A stretch of DNA of 64,000 nucleotides. Origin: Candidatus Marinacidobacterium sp. GTDB lineage: Bacteria; Acidobacteriota; Vicinamibacteria; Marinacidobacterales; Marinacidobacteraceae. The DNA lies in NCBI GenBank assembly GCA_965204755.1, contig OZ242011.1, positions 32,001 to 96,000 of the forward strand. Reading direction: 5' to 3'. The translations under genes and the position numbers were made by a program. Shown here piece by piece: positions 38,721-47,991 of this stretch. Within the stretch, counting starts at the first letter, position 1, and every line of letters starts with the position of its first letter. Below the pieces are notes generated by a model. That model was not told where the DNA came from and did not search any database. It worked only from the letters and a program-made list of their open reading frames with translations.

Positions 38721-40279
38721 ATGACCCACCCCGCGTCCCTGATCCTCGGGCTGACCGCGGCCGCGGCCCTCTCCGCCCCCCTGCCCCGCCTCGAGTCGCT
38801 CACGGTCTCCGTCACCGAAGGGGGGGGGGGGGGGGGGGGGCAGCCCGACGAGCGTGGGGCGCGGCAGAACCGCCGAAGCGCCTGCAACCGGACTTCGACC
38901 CGGAGACCTTCCACTACGCCGTTCGCTGCAGTGACCCGGAAACGCTGTCGGTTTCCGGCGCGGCCGCCGGAAGTACGGCGACAGTCACCCTGAACGGGGC
39001 GCCGGTCCCCCGGAGGTTCGAAGAGCGGGAAGTCGTCCTCCGGCACGACCAGGACCTGGCGATCGTGGTCGCGGACGGCGGGGACTCCGCCACCTACGCG
39101 GTCCACTGCGTGGGCCTCGACTTCCCGCGGGTCTGGACGGTGGGCCGGGAGCCGGGGCGCCGGGACGGCCTGCTGCTGGTGGATCCGACCTACATGGATG
39201 AGGACGAAGGGGAGGTGAGCCACATCGCCATCCTCGACGACAACGGCGTCCCCCGGTTCCACCGGCGGATTCCCGGTTGGGTCTTCAACTTTCGCTGGCA
39301 CGCCGCGCACCGGATGTATTCCTACTACCGCGAAGTGCGGAGCGACCCGCCGTTCGGCGAGGTGGTGCTGCTCGACGAACGCCTCGACCCGGTGGCGCGG
39401 CCGGAGCCGGTGGGCCTCCCCTACCCGGACCAGCACGACTTCCTGCTCACCGACGAGGGGAACTACCTGTTCGTGGTGTTCGAGCCGGTCGAGCGGGACC
39501 TGAGCCCCTACCCCGACCGGGACGGGGAGTTCCCCTTCTCGACGGCCGAGTTGACCGTCGACTATGTGATCCAGGAAGTCTCCCCCGACGGGGAGGTCCT
39601 GTTCCAGTGGAACTCGTGGGGGAAGGAAGACGGGGCCCCCGCCATCCGGGTCGCCGACTGCGTGTGGAGGAATCGGCGGCCGCGGGCGTGGGCGCACCTG
39701 AACTCCCTCTTCCTGGCGGACGGCGACATCGTGGCCTCGTTCCGGGGGTGTTCCCAGGTGCTCAAGATCGAGCGCCCCTCCGGCCGGGTCCTCTGGCAAC
39801 TCGGAGGGTCGCCGCCGGCGGTCCCCGACGGGCGGATCCACTACACGATCGTCGGCGACCCCGAACCGGAGGGCTTCTGCGGCCAGCACACCGCGATCGA
39901 GAGTCCCCCCGGCGTGGTCACCCTGTTCGACAACCGCGTCCTCTGCCTGGCGGACCCTCCCGGGTGGTGGGAATCTCCCGCGGCGTCGAGGCGGGGCGCG
40001 CGCGTCGTCCAGTACCGCCTGGACGGGGACGAGGCCATCTTCCTCCGCGAATACCGCGGTCTCCACGGGAGCACCGCCGCCGGCGCGGTCCAACTGCTCG
40101 AACGGGGACGATGGCTGATCACCTGGGGGCACGGCCGCAACCGACCGGATACCGGCGCGATCGAAGTGGACCGCGCCGGACGAGTGGTGTTCGCCGTCGC
40201 CCTCCGCGGGAGATACCGCGCCCACCTCTACCGGGCCTACCGGGAATACGGGCTGCGCGCGCCGCTGAATCTCCCGTAA
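38721..40279 (+). CDS. Secreted arylsulfotransferase (ASST-like), copy 3; frameshift at G21 38820-38840
   Basis: ATG 38721 (MTHPASLILGL) is out of frame with the body (ORF 39065..40279) across the G tract. Confidence 0.8.
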
Positions 40280-40458
40280 CGACCCGCGAAGGGCGCCGGG
40301 CGTCGAGGGGACGCGAAGCCGGCCGTATCGCCGGCGCATGACCGACGCCGGTCCGCGCTCGGCGGTGCGAGAATTCCCGGCGGCCGGCGCCGCGACGCCC
40401 CTCCGGGTCGCCGGGTCGGCCCGCCGCGACCGAAAACAGCGCCGCACGCGTCCCCCGC

Positions 40459-42023
40459 ATGATCCACCCCGCGTCCCCGATCCTCGCGCTGACCGCGGCC
40501 GCCGCCCTCTCCGCCCCCTTTCCCCGCCTCGAGTCGCTCACGGTCTCCGTCACCGAAGGGGGGGGGGGGGGGGGGGGGCAGCCCGACGAGCGTGGGGCGC
40601 GGCAGAACCGCCGAAGCGCCTGCAACCGGATTTCGACCCGGAGACCTTCCACTACGCCGTTCGCTGCGATGACCCGGAAACGCTCTCGGTTTCCGGCGCG
40701 GCCGCCGGAAGCACCGCGACGGTAACCCTGAACGGGGCGCCGGTCCCCCGGAGTTTCGAAGAGCGGGAAGTCGTCCTCCGGCATGACCAGGACCTGGCGA
40801 TCGTGGTCTCGGACGGCGGGGATTCCGCCACCTACGCGGTCCACTGCGTGGGCCTCGACTTCCCCCGGGTCTGGACGGTGGGCCGGGAGCCGGGGCGCCG
40901 GGACGGTCTGCTGCTCGTGGATCCGATCTATATGTGGGAGGACGGAGAGGAAGTGAGCCACATCGCCATCCTCGACGACAACGGAGTCCCCCGGTTCCAC
41001 CGGCGGGTTCCCGGTTGGGTCTTCAACTTTCGCTGGCACGCGGCGCACCGGATGTATTCCTACAACCGCCAAGTGCGGAGCGACCCGCCGTTCAGCGAGG
41101 TGGTGCTGCTCGACGAGCGCCTCGACCCGGTGGCGCGGCCGGAGCCGGTGGGCCTCCACCACCCGGACCAGCACGACTTCCTGCTCACCGACGAGGGGAA
41201 CTACCTGTTCGTGGTGTTCGAGCCGGTCGAGCGGGACCTGAGTCCCTACCCCGACCGGGACGCGGAGTTCCCCTTCTCGACGGCCGAGTTGACCGTCGAC
41301 TATGTGATCCAGGAAGTCTCCCCCGACGGGGAGGTCCTGTTCCAGTGGAACTCGTGGGGGAAGGAAGACGGGGCCCCCGCCATCCGGGTCGCCGACTGCG
41401 TGTGGACGAATCGGCGGCCGCGGGCGTGGGGGTGGGCGCACCTGAACTCCCTCTTCCTGGCGGACGGCGACATCGTGGCCTCCTTCCGGGGGTGTTCCCA
41501 GGTGCTCAAGATCGAGCGCCCCTCCGGCCGGGTCCTCTGGCAACTCGGAGGGTCGCCGCCGGCGGTCCCCGACGGGCGGATCCACTACACCATCGTCGGC
41601 GACCCCGAACCGGAGGGCTTCTGCGGCCAGCACACCGCCATCGAGAGCCCTCCCGGCGTCGTAACGCTGTTCGACAACCGCGTCCTCTGCCTGGCGGACC
41701 CTCCCGGGTGGTGGGAATCTCCCGCGGCGTCGAGGCGGGGCGCGCGCGTCGTCCAGTACCGCCTGGACGGGGACGAGGCCATCTTCCTCCGCGAATACCG
41801 CGGTCTCCACGGGAGCACCACCGCCGGCGCGGTCCAACTGCTCGAACGGGGACGATGGCTGATCACTTGGGGAAACGGCCGCAACCGGCCGGATACCGGC
41901 GCGGTCGAAGTGGACGACGCCGGACGGGTGGTGTTCGCCGTGGCCCTCCGCGGGAGATACCGCGCGCACCTCTACCGGGCCTACCGGGAATACGGGCTGC
42001 GCGTGCCGCTGAATCTCCCGTAA
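40459..42023 (+). CDS. Secreted arylsulfotransferase (ASST-like), copy 4; frameshift at G21 40558-40578
   Basis: ORF 40459..40725 (signal peptide) joins the body of ORF 40338..42023 across the G tract. Confidence 0.8.
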
Positions 42024-44584
42024 CGGCCCGCGAAAGACTGCGGGCGCCGCTCGCCGCGGTTCCCCGGGCCGCCGCCGGCCGGCGGTTCGACTTCGGGTTC
42101 CGCGCCGCGGCCGCTCCCGGAACCCTCCCCGACCGGGATGTCGAGGCTCCACGACTCCCCGCGGCCGCTGACCCACTGCCCGGTGCGGATCCTGACCACC
42201 CCGCCCGCAGGAAGTTCCACGAGGGCCAGGCACCGGCCGTCCAGCGCCGCGCCGCGCTGCGGGAAGTCGAAGTCCCGGTTCTCGAAGCCCGGGCCGGGAG
42301 ACCGCGGCGCCGAGGATCCCGGGGAAGCCCGGTAGAGATGCAGGAAGAACCGGTCGCCCGCCTCTTCCGGAGCGCAGGGTTCCCGGAGGTAGGCCAGGGT
42401 CCGGCCCCTTCGGTAGAGATCGAAGGCCGCCCGGCCCGCCGGCGGCCCGAACCCGCCGGAGGCGATCTCGCGGTAGGCCTGCCGGAACCGCTCCCGGTCG
42501 AGTCGGACGGACGCCGCCCAGAGCCGGCGCCCGGCGGCGTCCCGCTGCTCGGCGGTGATCCCCCCGCCCGCGCCCGGGGGCAGCGGCGCGACGGCGATGC
42601 ACCTCCCGTCCCGGACGATGCCGTACTCCCGGAACCGGAAGGCCCACTCCTCGGCCCCGCCGCCGGCGGCGGGGCCGGCGTCGGACGCGTGGACGCGCAG
42701 TCGGAACTCGCCCGCCGTGTCCTGCCGGGTGCACGGCTCCCGAAAATAGACCAGCGAGGCCCCGCCGGTTCCCGTCCCGGCGGACGACTCGCCCGCCGGG
42801 CGGTCGGGCCCGCCGCCCCCCCGGTAGAGATCGAACCCGGCGCTCGCGAGCGGCGCCCCGGCGGCCCCGGAGGCGATGCGCTCGTAGGCGGCGCGGTAGG
42901 GGCTCGCCGCCGCGGCGGATTCGGTGTCCGCCCCCGATCGACGGGACACCCTCCACACCGCGCCGTCGGGGAATTCCGCCAACCGGGAGAGGCCGGCGGA
43001 CTCGGCGAGCCCCGGGCGGCCGTAGGCGTAGTAGGCGTAGGAGCCCTCGTCGGCGATCCAGACGACCAGGGCCCCCTCGGGCGCGGTCTCGAGCCACCGG
43101 CGAAGCCGCTCCCCCGGCGGCTGCCCCGGCGGGGGGCGGTCGGTGGAGGGGGGCGGCGGCGCGGCGGTGGCCGGGAGCGCCCGGTACGGGCCGCGCCCGC
43201 CGACATGGTGGTGCAGGAGGAGGGGGAAGTTCGAGTAGGTCGGGCCGTCGAGCCCGTTCTCCCGAAGGTGGCGCGCGGTTCGGGAGTCGTTCCAGGGACG
43301 CCCCGCCAGCCCGGCCGAGGCCCATTCGGAGTTCGCGTCTTCGATCGCGCGGACGACGGAACCGGCCTGCCCGACCAGGCCGGCGGCGACGGCGACGGCG
43401 ACGGCCGCGGCGGCGAAGACCGCCGAACGCGGCCGCCGGCGCCCGGGCCCGGCGGCCTGCGCCGGCTCGCGCGCGAGGCGGAGGTCCGCCAGCAGGGCCG
43501 CGGCGACCAGGCCCGGCAGGTAGAGCGGGGCGAGGTACCGCGCCTGGACGCCCTGCCAGGTGAACCCGACGACGATGGAGAGCGCGAGGGACAGCCCGTA
43601 GGCGAGCGCGAAGGCCGCGAACACCGCCGCCGAGCCCCTTCGCCCGTCGGCGGCCGGGCGCGGGGCGCCGCGCCGGAAGAAGGCGGAAGCCAGGGCGAGC
43701 AGGACGAGCGCCGCCGCGCCCGACCAGGGGACCGGCGACGAAATCCGGTCGAATTCCGCCCAGCGCAGCAGTCCGGCGCCGATCTCCGCGAACGCCTCGG
43801 CGAAGCCGTAGTCCACCGGTTGCCGTTGGCCGCCGAGCCCGCCCGGGCCCCGCGAGACCCGGAGGAACCACAGCCCGGCGGGCGCCGCCGCGATCACCGA
43901 GAACAGCGCCGTCCTCCCGAAGCGCCGGAACCGGTTCGCCGCCGGCGCGAGGAAAACGACGAAGGCGACCGCGAGGGCGAGGGCGGCGCCGACATAGCGG
44001 GTCTGCCAGGCGAGCGCGGTGAAGACAGCGGCGCCGACGAGCGACGAAGTCCGGCCGTCGGCCCGGAAGGCGTCGGCGCGGATCAGGGCCAGGGTGGACA
44101 GCAGGACGAACAGCGGCCCGGAAAGCGCCCACCAGGCGAGGTCGCCGAGCGGGGCCGAGAGCGCGAGGGCCGCCGTCGCCGAGAGCGCGAGGAATCCGGA
44201 GCGGAGGCGCCGCTCCAGGTAACGGCCCGCCGCGAAGACCGTGAGCCCGAAAGCCAGGGCGCCGAGCGGCAGGGCGACCTCGACCGGATCGAAGACGCCG
44301 AGCGTCGCGGCGGCCAGCGCGAGCGGGTAGAGCGGGGCCCACAGGCCGTAGAAACTCCCGTCGAAGTTCCGGAACCCTTCGCCGGCGAGGAGGTTCCGCG
44401 CCACCGCGAGGTAGTTGGCGCCGTCCCAGTGGAGCGCCGGCCCGTGGGTCTCGCCCCGGAGGAGCACCGTCGCCGCGGCGAAGACGGAGGCGGCGGCGAG
44501 GAAGACGAGGAAACCCCGGGAGCGGCGCCGCCCCGACCCGGCCGCGCGCCCGCGGTCGGGGGCGGCGCCCTCCCGATCAGCCAC
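41981..44584 (-). CDS. GT-C-like membrane glycosyltransferase with two FFLH-type domains
   Basis: WDGANYLAVARNLLAGEG, WAPLYP, RYVG and ARYLAPLY. The first domain copy is shortened (FRLRVH); the second is FFLHLY..GFENRDF. GTG start at 44584. The 3' end overlaps ASST copy 4 by 43 bp. Confidence 0.8.
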   Translation of the reverse strand: MADREGAAPDRGRAAGSGRRRSRGFLVFLAAASVFAAATVLLRGETHGPALHWDGANYLAVARNLLAGEGFRNFDGSFYGLWAPLYPLALAAATLGVFDPVEVALPLGALAFGLTVFAAGRYLERRLRSGFLALSATAALALSAPLGDLAWWALSGPLFVLLSTLALIRADAFRADGRTSSLVGAAVFTALAWQTRYVGAALALAVAFVVFLAPAANRFRRFGRTALFSVIAAAPAGLWFLRVSRGPGGLGGQRQPVDYGFAEAFAEIGAGLLRWAEFDRISSPVPWSGAAALVLLALASAFFRRGAPRPAADGRRGSAAVFAAFALAYGLSLALSIVVGFTWQGVQARYLAPLYLPGLVAAALLADLRLAREPAQAAGPGRRRPRSAVFAAAAVAVAVAAGLVGQAGSVVRAIEDANSEWASAGLAGRPWNDSRTARHLRENGLDGPTYSNFPLLLHHHVGGRGPYRALPATAAPPPPSTDRPPPGQPPGERLRRWLETAPEGALVVWIADEGSYAYYAYGRPGLAESAGLSRLAEFPDGAVWRVSRRSGADTESAAAASPYRAAYERIASGAAGAPLASAGFDLYRGGGGPDRPAGESSAGTGTGGASLVYFREPCTRQDTAGEFRLRVHASDAGPAAGGGAEEWAFRFREYGIVRDGRCIAVAPLPPGAGGGITAEQRDAAGRRLWAASVRLDRERFRQAYREIASGGFGPPAGRAAFDLYRRGRTLAYLREPCAPEEAGDRFFLHLYRASPGSSAPRSPGPGFENRDFDFPQRGAALDGRCLALVELPAGGVVRIRTGQWVSGRGESWSLDIPVGEGSGSGRGAEPEVEPPAGGGPGNRGERRPQSFAGRYGRFSGTRSPYSR

Positions 44585-47500
44585 CCCGGCTCCGGGCCCG
44601 CCCGCCGGCGCCGTCGGCCGGCGAGAACTCGGCCCGCCAGACTCGTTCGTAGGAAGCATCGGGACGGCGGAAGGATCGCCCGACCGCCGCGGAACGGATC
44701 GGGTAGTCCGGGAAACGGAGGCCCGCCACGCACCGGGCCCCGGTCTCCCAGGCCCGGTGGTGGAAGAGGAACGACAGGTTCTCGAAACCGTACGGCTTGC
44801 GGTGGGGCGGCAGGTCGTCCGGATCCTCCGGAACCAGGTGCACGATGAAGGTCCCCTCGAGATGTTCCGGACGGCAGTCGTCCTTCGCGAAGAGGAGCCG
44901 CCCGCCGCCGAGGTGGACATCGAACTCCGAACTCACCCGCGGCGCCCCCGCCGCCTCGATCAGGGCGTCGAGTTCCCCGTCGCGGGCGGCGCGGTGGTGG
45001 AGGAACACCGTTTCGTTGCGCGGCGTGAGGAGCCCCCTCGCCGGACCCGGTTCCGTCTCGACGGTGAACTCGGCGAACCGGCGCCGCGCCGGGTCGTCCG
45101 TCAGGACGGCTTCGGGGAGGAAGAACCGGGCGCGCGCCCCGGCCAGGGTCTGCCCGCCCACTTCGAGCGGCGGGAGGAACACCGTCCGCTCCTCCCGCCG
45201 GCGCAGGACGCGGCGGATCCTCCCGAAGTCCTCCCGCAGCCGCTCGTTCGCCGCCCGCGCCACCGGCGTCTCCGGCGCCCCGGCGCCCCCGGCCGGGTTC
45301 CGGTCACCGCCGGGCCCTGCGCCCGGCCGGCCGGCGAACGACCCCCCGCCGAAGGACGCCGCGCCGAAGGACACCGCCCAGACCGCGACCGCCGCTCCCG
45401 CCGCGGCGTAGATCCAGCGGCCGCGAAGGGCCGCGAAGCCCGCGGTCCAGGCGGCCAGCGGAAGCCCCAGCGCGCCGAGGGCCGCCACTTCCGGCGGCGC
45501 GCCCCGGCCGAACCAGAGCGCGGAACCGAGACCCGAGAGCGCCAGGACGAGCAGCGGGAACGACCGCACGAGCGCCGCCCCGGCCAGGCCCGCCGCCGCG
45601 AGCAGCGCGCCCGCCGCGGCCCCCGCCCACCCGCTTCCCTCCCCGGTCGCCCCTTCTCCCGCCGACCACTCGCCGGGGAGCGCCGCCGCCGGGAGGAACC
45701 CCCGCCCGACCCGGCGAAGCCCCTCCGCGACGGTCTCGCCGATGGTCGCCGCCCCGCCTGCCGAGCCTTCCACCAGCCCCGTCGGCCCGCCGACTCCCCC
45801 CGCCGCCGCCAGCGCGGCGGCGAAGACCGCGCACAGCGCCCCCAGCGCCAAGTACGGACTCCCGATCGGTCCCCGAACCGTCACCGCCGGGAAGGGCCGG
45901 AGGAAGGGTTCCGCCTCTCTCCCCGACCGTTTCCCCGACCGTTTTCCGACCCCGTTCTCCCCTTCCCCGCGCTCCCGGCGGCGGCGCCGCCATTCGCCCG
46001 CCAGCCCCAGGAGCACGAACGGAACGAGCAGCGCCGCCGCGCCGAAACCGGGCAGCAGCGCCGCGGCGCTCTTCCCGAGCAACTGCCCGTACTTCCCCTC
46101 CCCCAGGAACACCGCCATCCCGTGGAAGACCAGGAAGACCCCGAAGACCCCCGGCGCTCCCGATGCCGTAACCGTGTCCGCGCCCGCGGCGGCGACCGAA
46201 CCGAACCCGAGCAGCGTCGCCGCGAGCGCGATCCACCGGTCGGAAGCCCGGCGCGCGGGCCGCCGGAACGCGAGGACCCGGCAGAGCGACAGGTAGGCCA
46301 GCAGCGCCGCGCCGCAGAACAGCGCAGCCATGAGCGTCCTCGCCGCGGCGACCTGCGCCCCGAGGTCGTCGCCGAAAGAGCGGAGGACCGCCGCCAGCAG
46401 GTAGTCGAAGGCCGCCGAGCCGCCGGGAACGATCTCCGGGACGACGCGGCCTTCGGCGTCGAGCGCCGGCCGGAACGCGCGGAGGGGCGGCCCGCCCGGA
46501 CGATTCCCCGCGTCGGGAAGGGGCAGGAGTTCCACCGAAGGCGTGATCTCGTAGAAGCCGCGCTCGGAAGGCCGCGCCAAGGCGCGCGCCAGGGTTTCGG
46601 CGCTCTCCCCGTCGTTCCGGAGCGGCCGGTCGAGCCGCCCGTCGGCGGCGAAGTCGGAGAAGATCACCGCGAGGGCGAGGAGGAGCGCGAGGAGCGGCGC
46701 CCCGGCCGCCATCCCGGTCCGCGCCCGCCGGAAGAGCCGCCGCGCCGCCGCGCCGAAGTCGGGGCGAATGCCGAGGTCCCGGAGCAGCCGCCGGGTCAGG
46801 TCCGCGAGCAGGGCCAGGAGCAGCGCCGCGGCCCAACCGATCGGCGCCTCCTCGTAGAAGAACGACGAGTGCGCGTAGGCCGTGAGCGACGCCGCGCCGA
46901 CGACGACCGGGACATACCAGAGCCGCGGGCGGTAGAAGGCGAGCACGATCGCGAAGACATCCGCCGGGAAGAAGTACCGGTCGTGCATCTTCGGAAGGAA
47001 GAACGGCGTGAGCAGCAGGGACAGCACCGCGAGGAACACCACCGTTTCCCGCGTCATCTCGAGCCGGCGGCTCTCGAGCAGGCGCCGGACGCCGTGGACG
47101 AGCGCCAGGGTGAGCAGGACCCCGACCGGCCACCACCGGTAGTGGTCGTTCGAGATCCACCGGTAGAGGTTCGGGGCTTCCGTGTTGAGTTCTGCGTAGA
47201 AGCCCGCCTGGACGACATAGATCGAGAGGAGATCGAAGAGCGATCGGCCGGCGGCCCACGCCGGAACGAGCGCCGCCAGGCAGACGGCGGGAGCCAGCCA
47301 GAACCGGCGGGCGCCGATCGTCTTCTTCGCCTGGAGCCAGTAGAGGAAAGGCGCGAGGAACGCGGCCTGCGCCTTGACCGCGAAAGCCAGCCCGAACGCG
47401 GCGAACGCCCGCGCCTCCCGGCCGCTCAGCAGGCCGTGGAGACACGCCAGCAGGAACGCCGTATGGATCGCGTCGAACTGGCCCCACCGGGCGCCGTTGA

Positions 47501-47900
47501 TCACGACCGTCGGCGCGAGCAGCACCGCGCCGGCGGCCAGGATCGGAAAAGTTCGGGAATCCGGATACCGGAGCCGGACGCACCGGTAGGAGAAAAACGC
47601 CAGCAGGAGGTCGCCGAGGAACGAAATCCCCTTGACCGCGAACAACGCCGGAACCGACGGGGCGAAGTACGCCGCCGCCGTCAGCAGGTACAGGTAAGGC
47701 GGGTTGTAGTGCGCGAAGTCGTACAGCCAGGAATGGAAGTGCCCGTTGGCGGCGATGAAGTCGTAGAAGAAACCGAAGGCGAAGCGGAAGTCGATGGACT
47801 CGTGGGCCAGGAACGGGACCCGAACCGCGATCGCGGCCAAGACGACCGCGGCGGCGAGGCCGATCTCGCCCGCCCGGCGGCTTCGTCTCTCGCTTCCCAT
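44577..47900 (-). CDS. Large two-module GT-C membrane protein + FFLH-type domain, paralog of 28548..31958
   Basis: YNPPYLYLL, WGQFDAIH, KAQA and FFLPKMHDRYFF. C-terminal FIVHLVP..GFENLSF. Confidence 0.8.
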   Translation of the reverse strand: MGSERRSRRAGEIGLAAAVVLAAIAVRVPFLAHESIDFRFAFGFFYDFIAANGHFHSWLYDFAHYNPPYLYLLTAAAYFAPSVPALFAVKGISFLGDLLLAFFSYRCVRLRYPDSRTFPILAAGAVLLAPTVVINGARWGQFDAIHTAFLLACLHGLLSGREARAFAAFGLAFAVKAQAAFLAPFLYWLQAKKTIGARRFWLAPAVCLAALVPAWAAGRSLFDLLSIYVVQAGFYAELNTEAPNLYRWISNDHYRWWPVGVLLTLALVHGVRRLLESRRLEMTRETVVFLAVLSLLLTPFFLPKMHDRYFFPADVFAIVLAFYRPRLWYVPVVVGAASLTAYAHSSFFYEEAPIGWAAALLLALLADLTRRLLRDLGIRPDFGAAARRLFRRARTGMAAGAPLLALLLALAVIFSDFAADGRLDRPLRNDGESAETLARALARPSERGFYEITPSVELLPLPDAGNRPGGPPLRAFRPALDAEGRVVPEIVPGGSAAFDYLLAAVLRSFGDDLGAQVAAARTLMAALFCGAALLAYLSLCRVLAFRRPARRASDRWIALAATLLGFGSVAAAGADTVTASGAPGVFGVFLVFHGMAVFLGEGKYGQLLGKSAAALLPGFGAAALLVPFVLLGLAGEWRRRRRERGEGENGVGKRSGKRSGREAEPFLRPFPAVTVRGPIGSPYLALGALCAVFAAALAAAGGVGGPTGLVEGSAGGAATIGETVAEGLRRVGRGFLPAAALPGEWSAGEGATGEGSGWAGAAAGALLAAAGLAGAALVRSFPLLVLALSGLGSALWFGRGAPPEVAALGALGLPLAAWTAGFAALRGRWIYAAAGAAVAVWAVSFGAASFGGGSFAGRPGAGPGGDRNPAGGAGAPETPVARAANERLREDFGRIRRVLRRREERTVFLPPLEVGGQTLAGARARFFLPEAVLTDDPARRRFAEFTVETEPGPARGLLTPRNETVFLHHRAARDGELDALIEAAGAPRVSSEFDVHLGGGRLLFAKDDCRPEHLEGTFIVHLVPEDPDDLPPHRKPYGFENLSFLFHHRAWETGARCVAGLRFPDYPIRSAAVGRSFRRPDASYERVWRAEFSPADGAGGRARSRGG

Positions 47901-47991
47901 CAGCCCGCGGGAAACCCCGCCCCCGGCGCCTCGACCGGTGGGCGCCTAGTCCCCGTCGGGTTTCCCGACGGGCCGCTTCTTCCCCCGGCGG

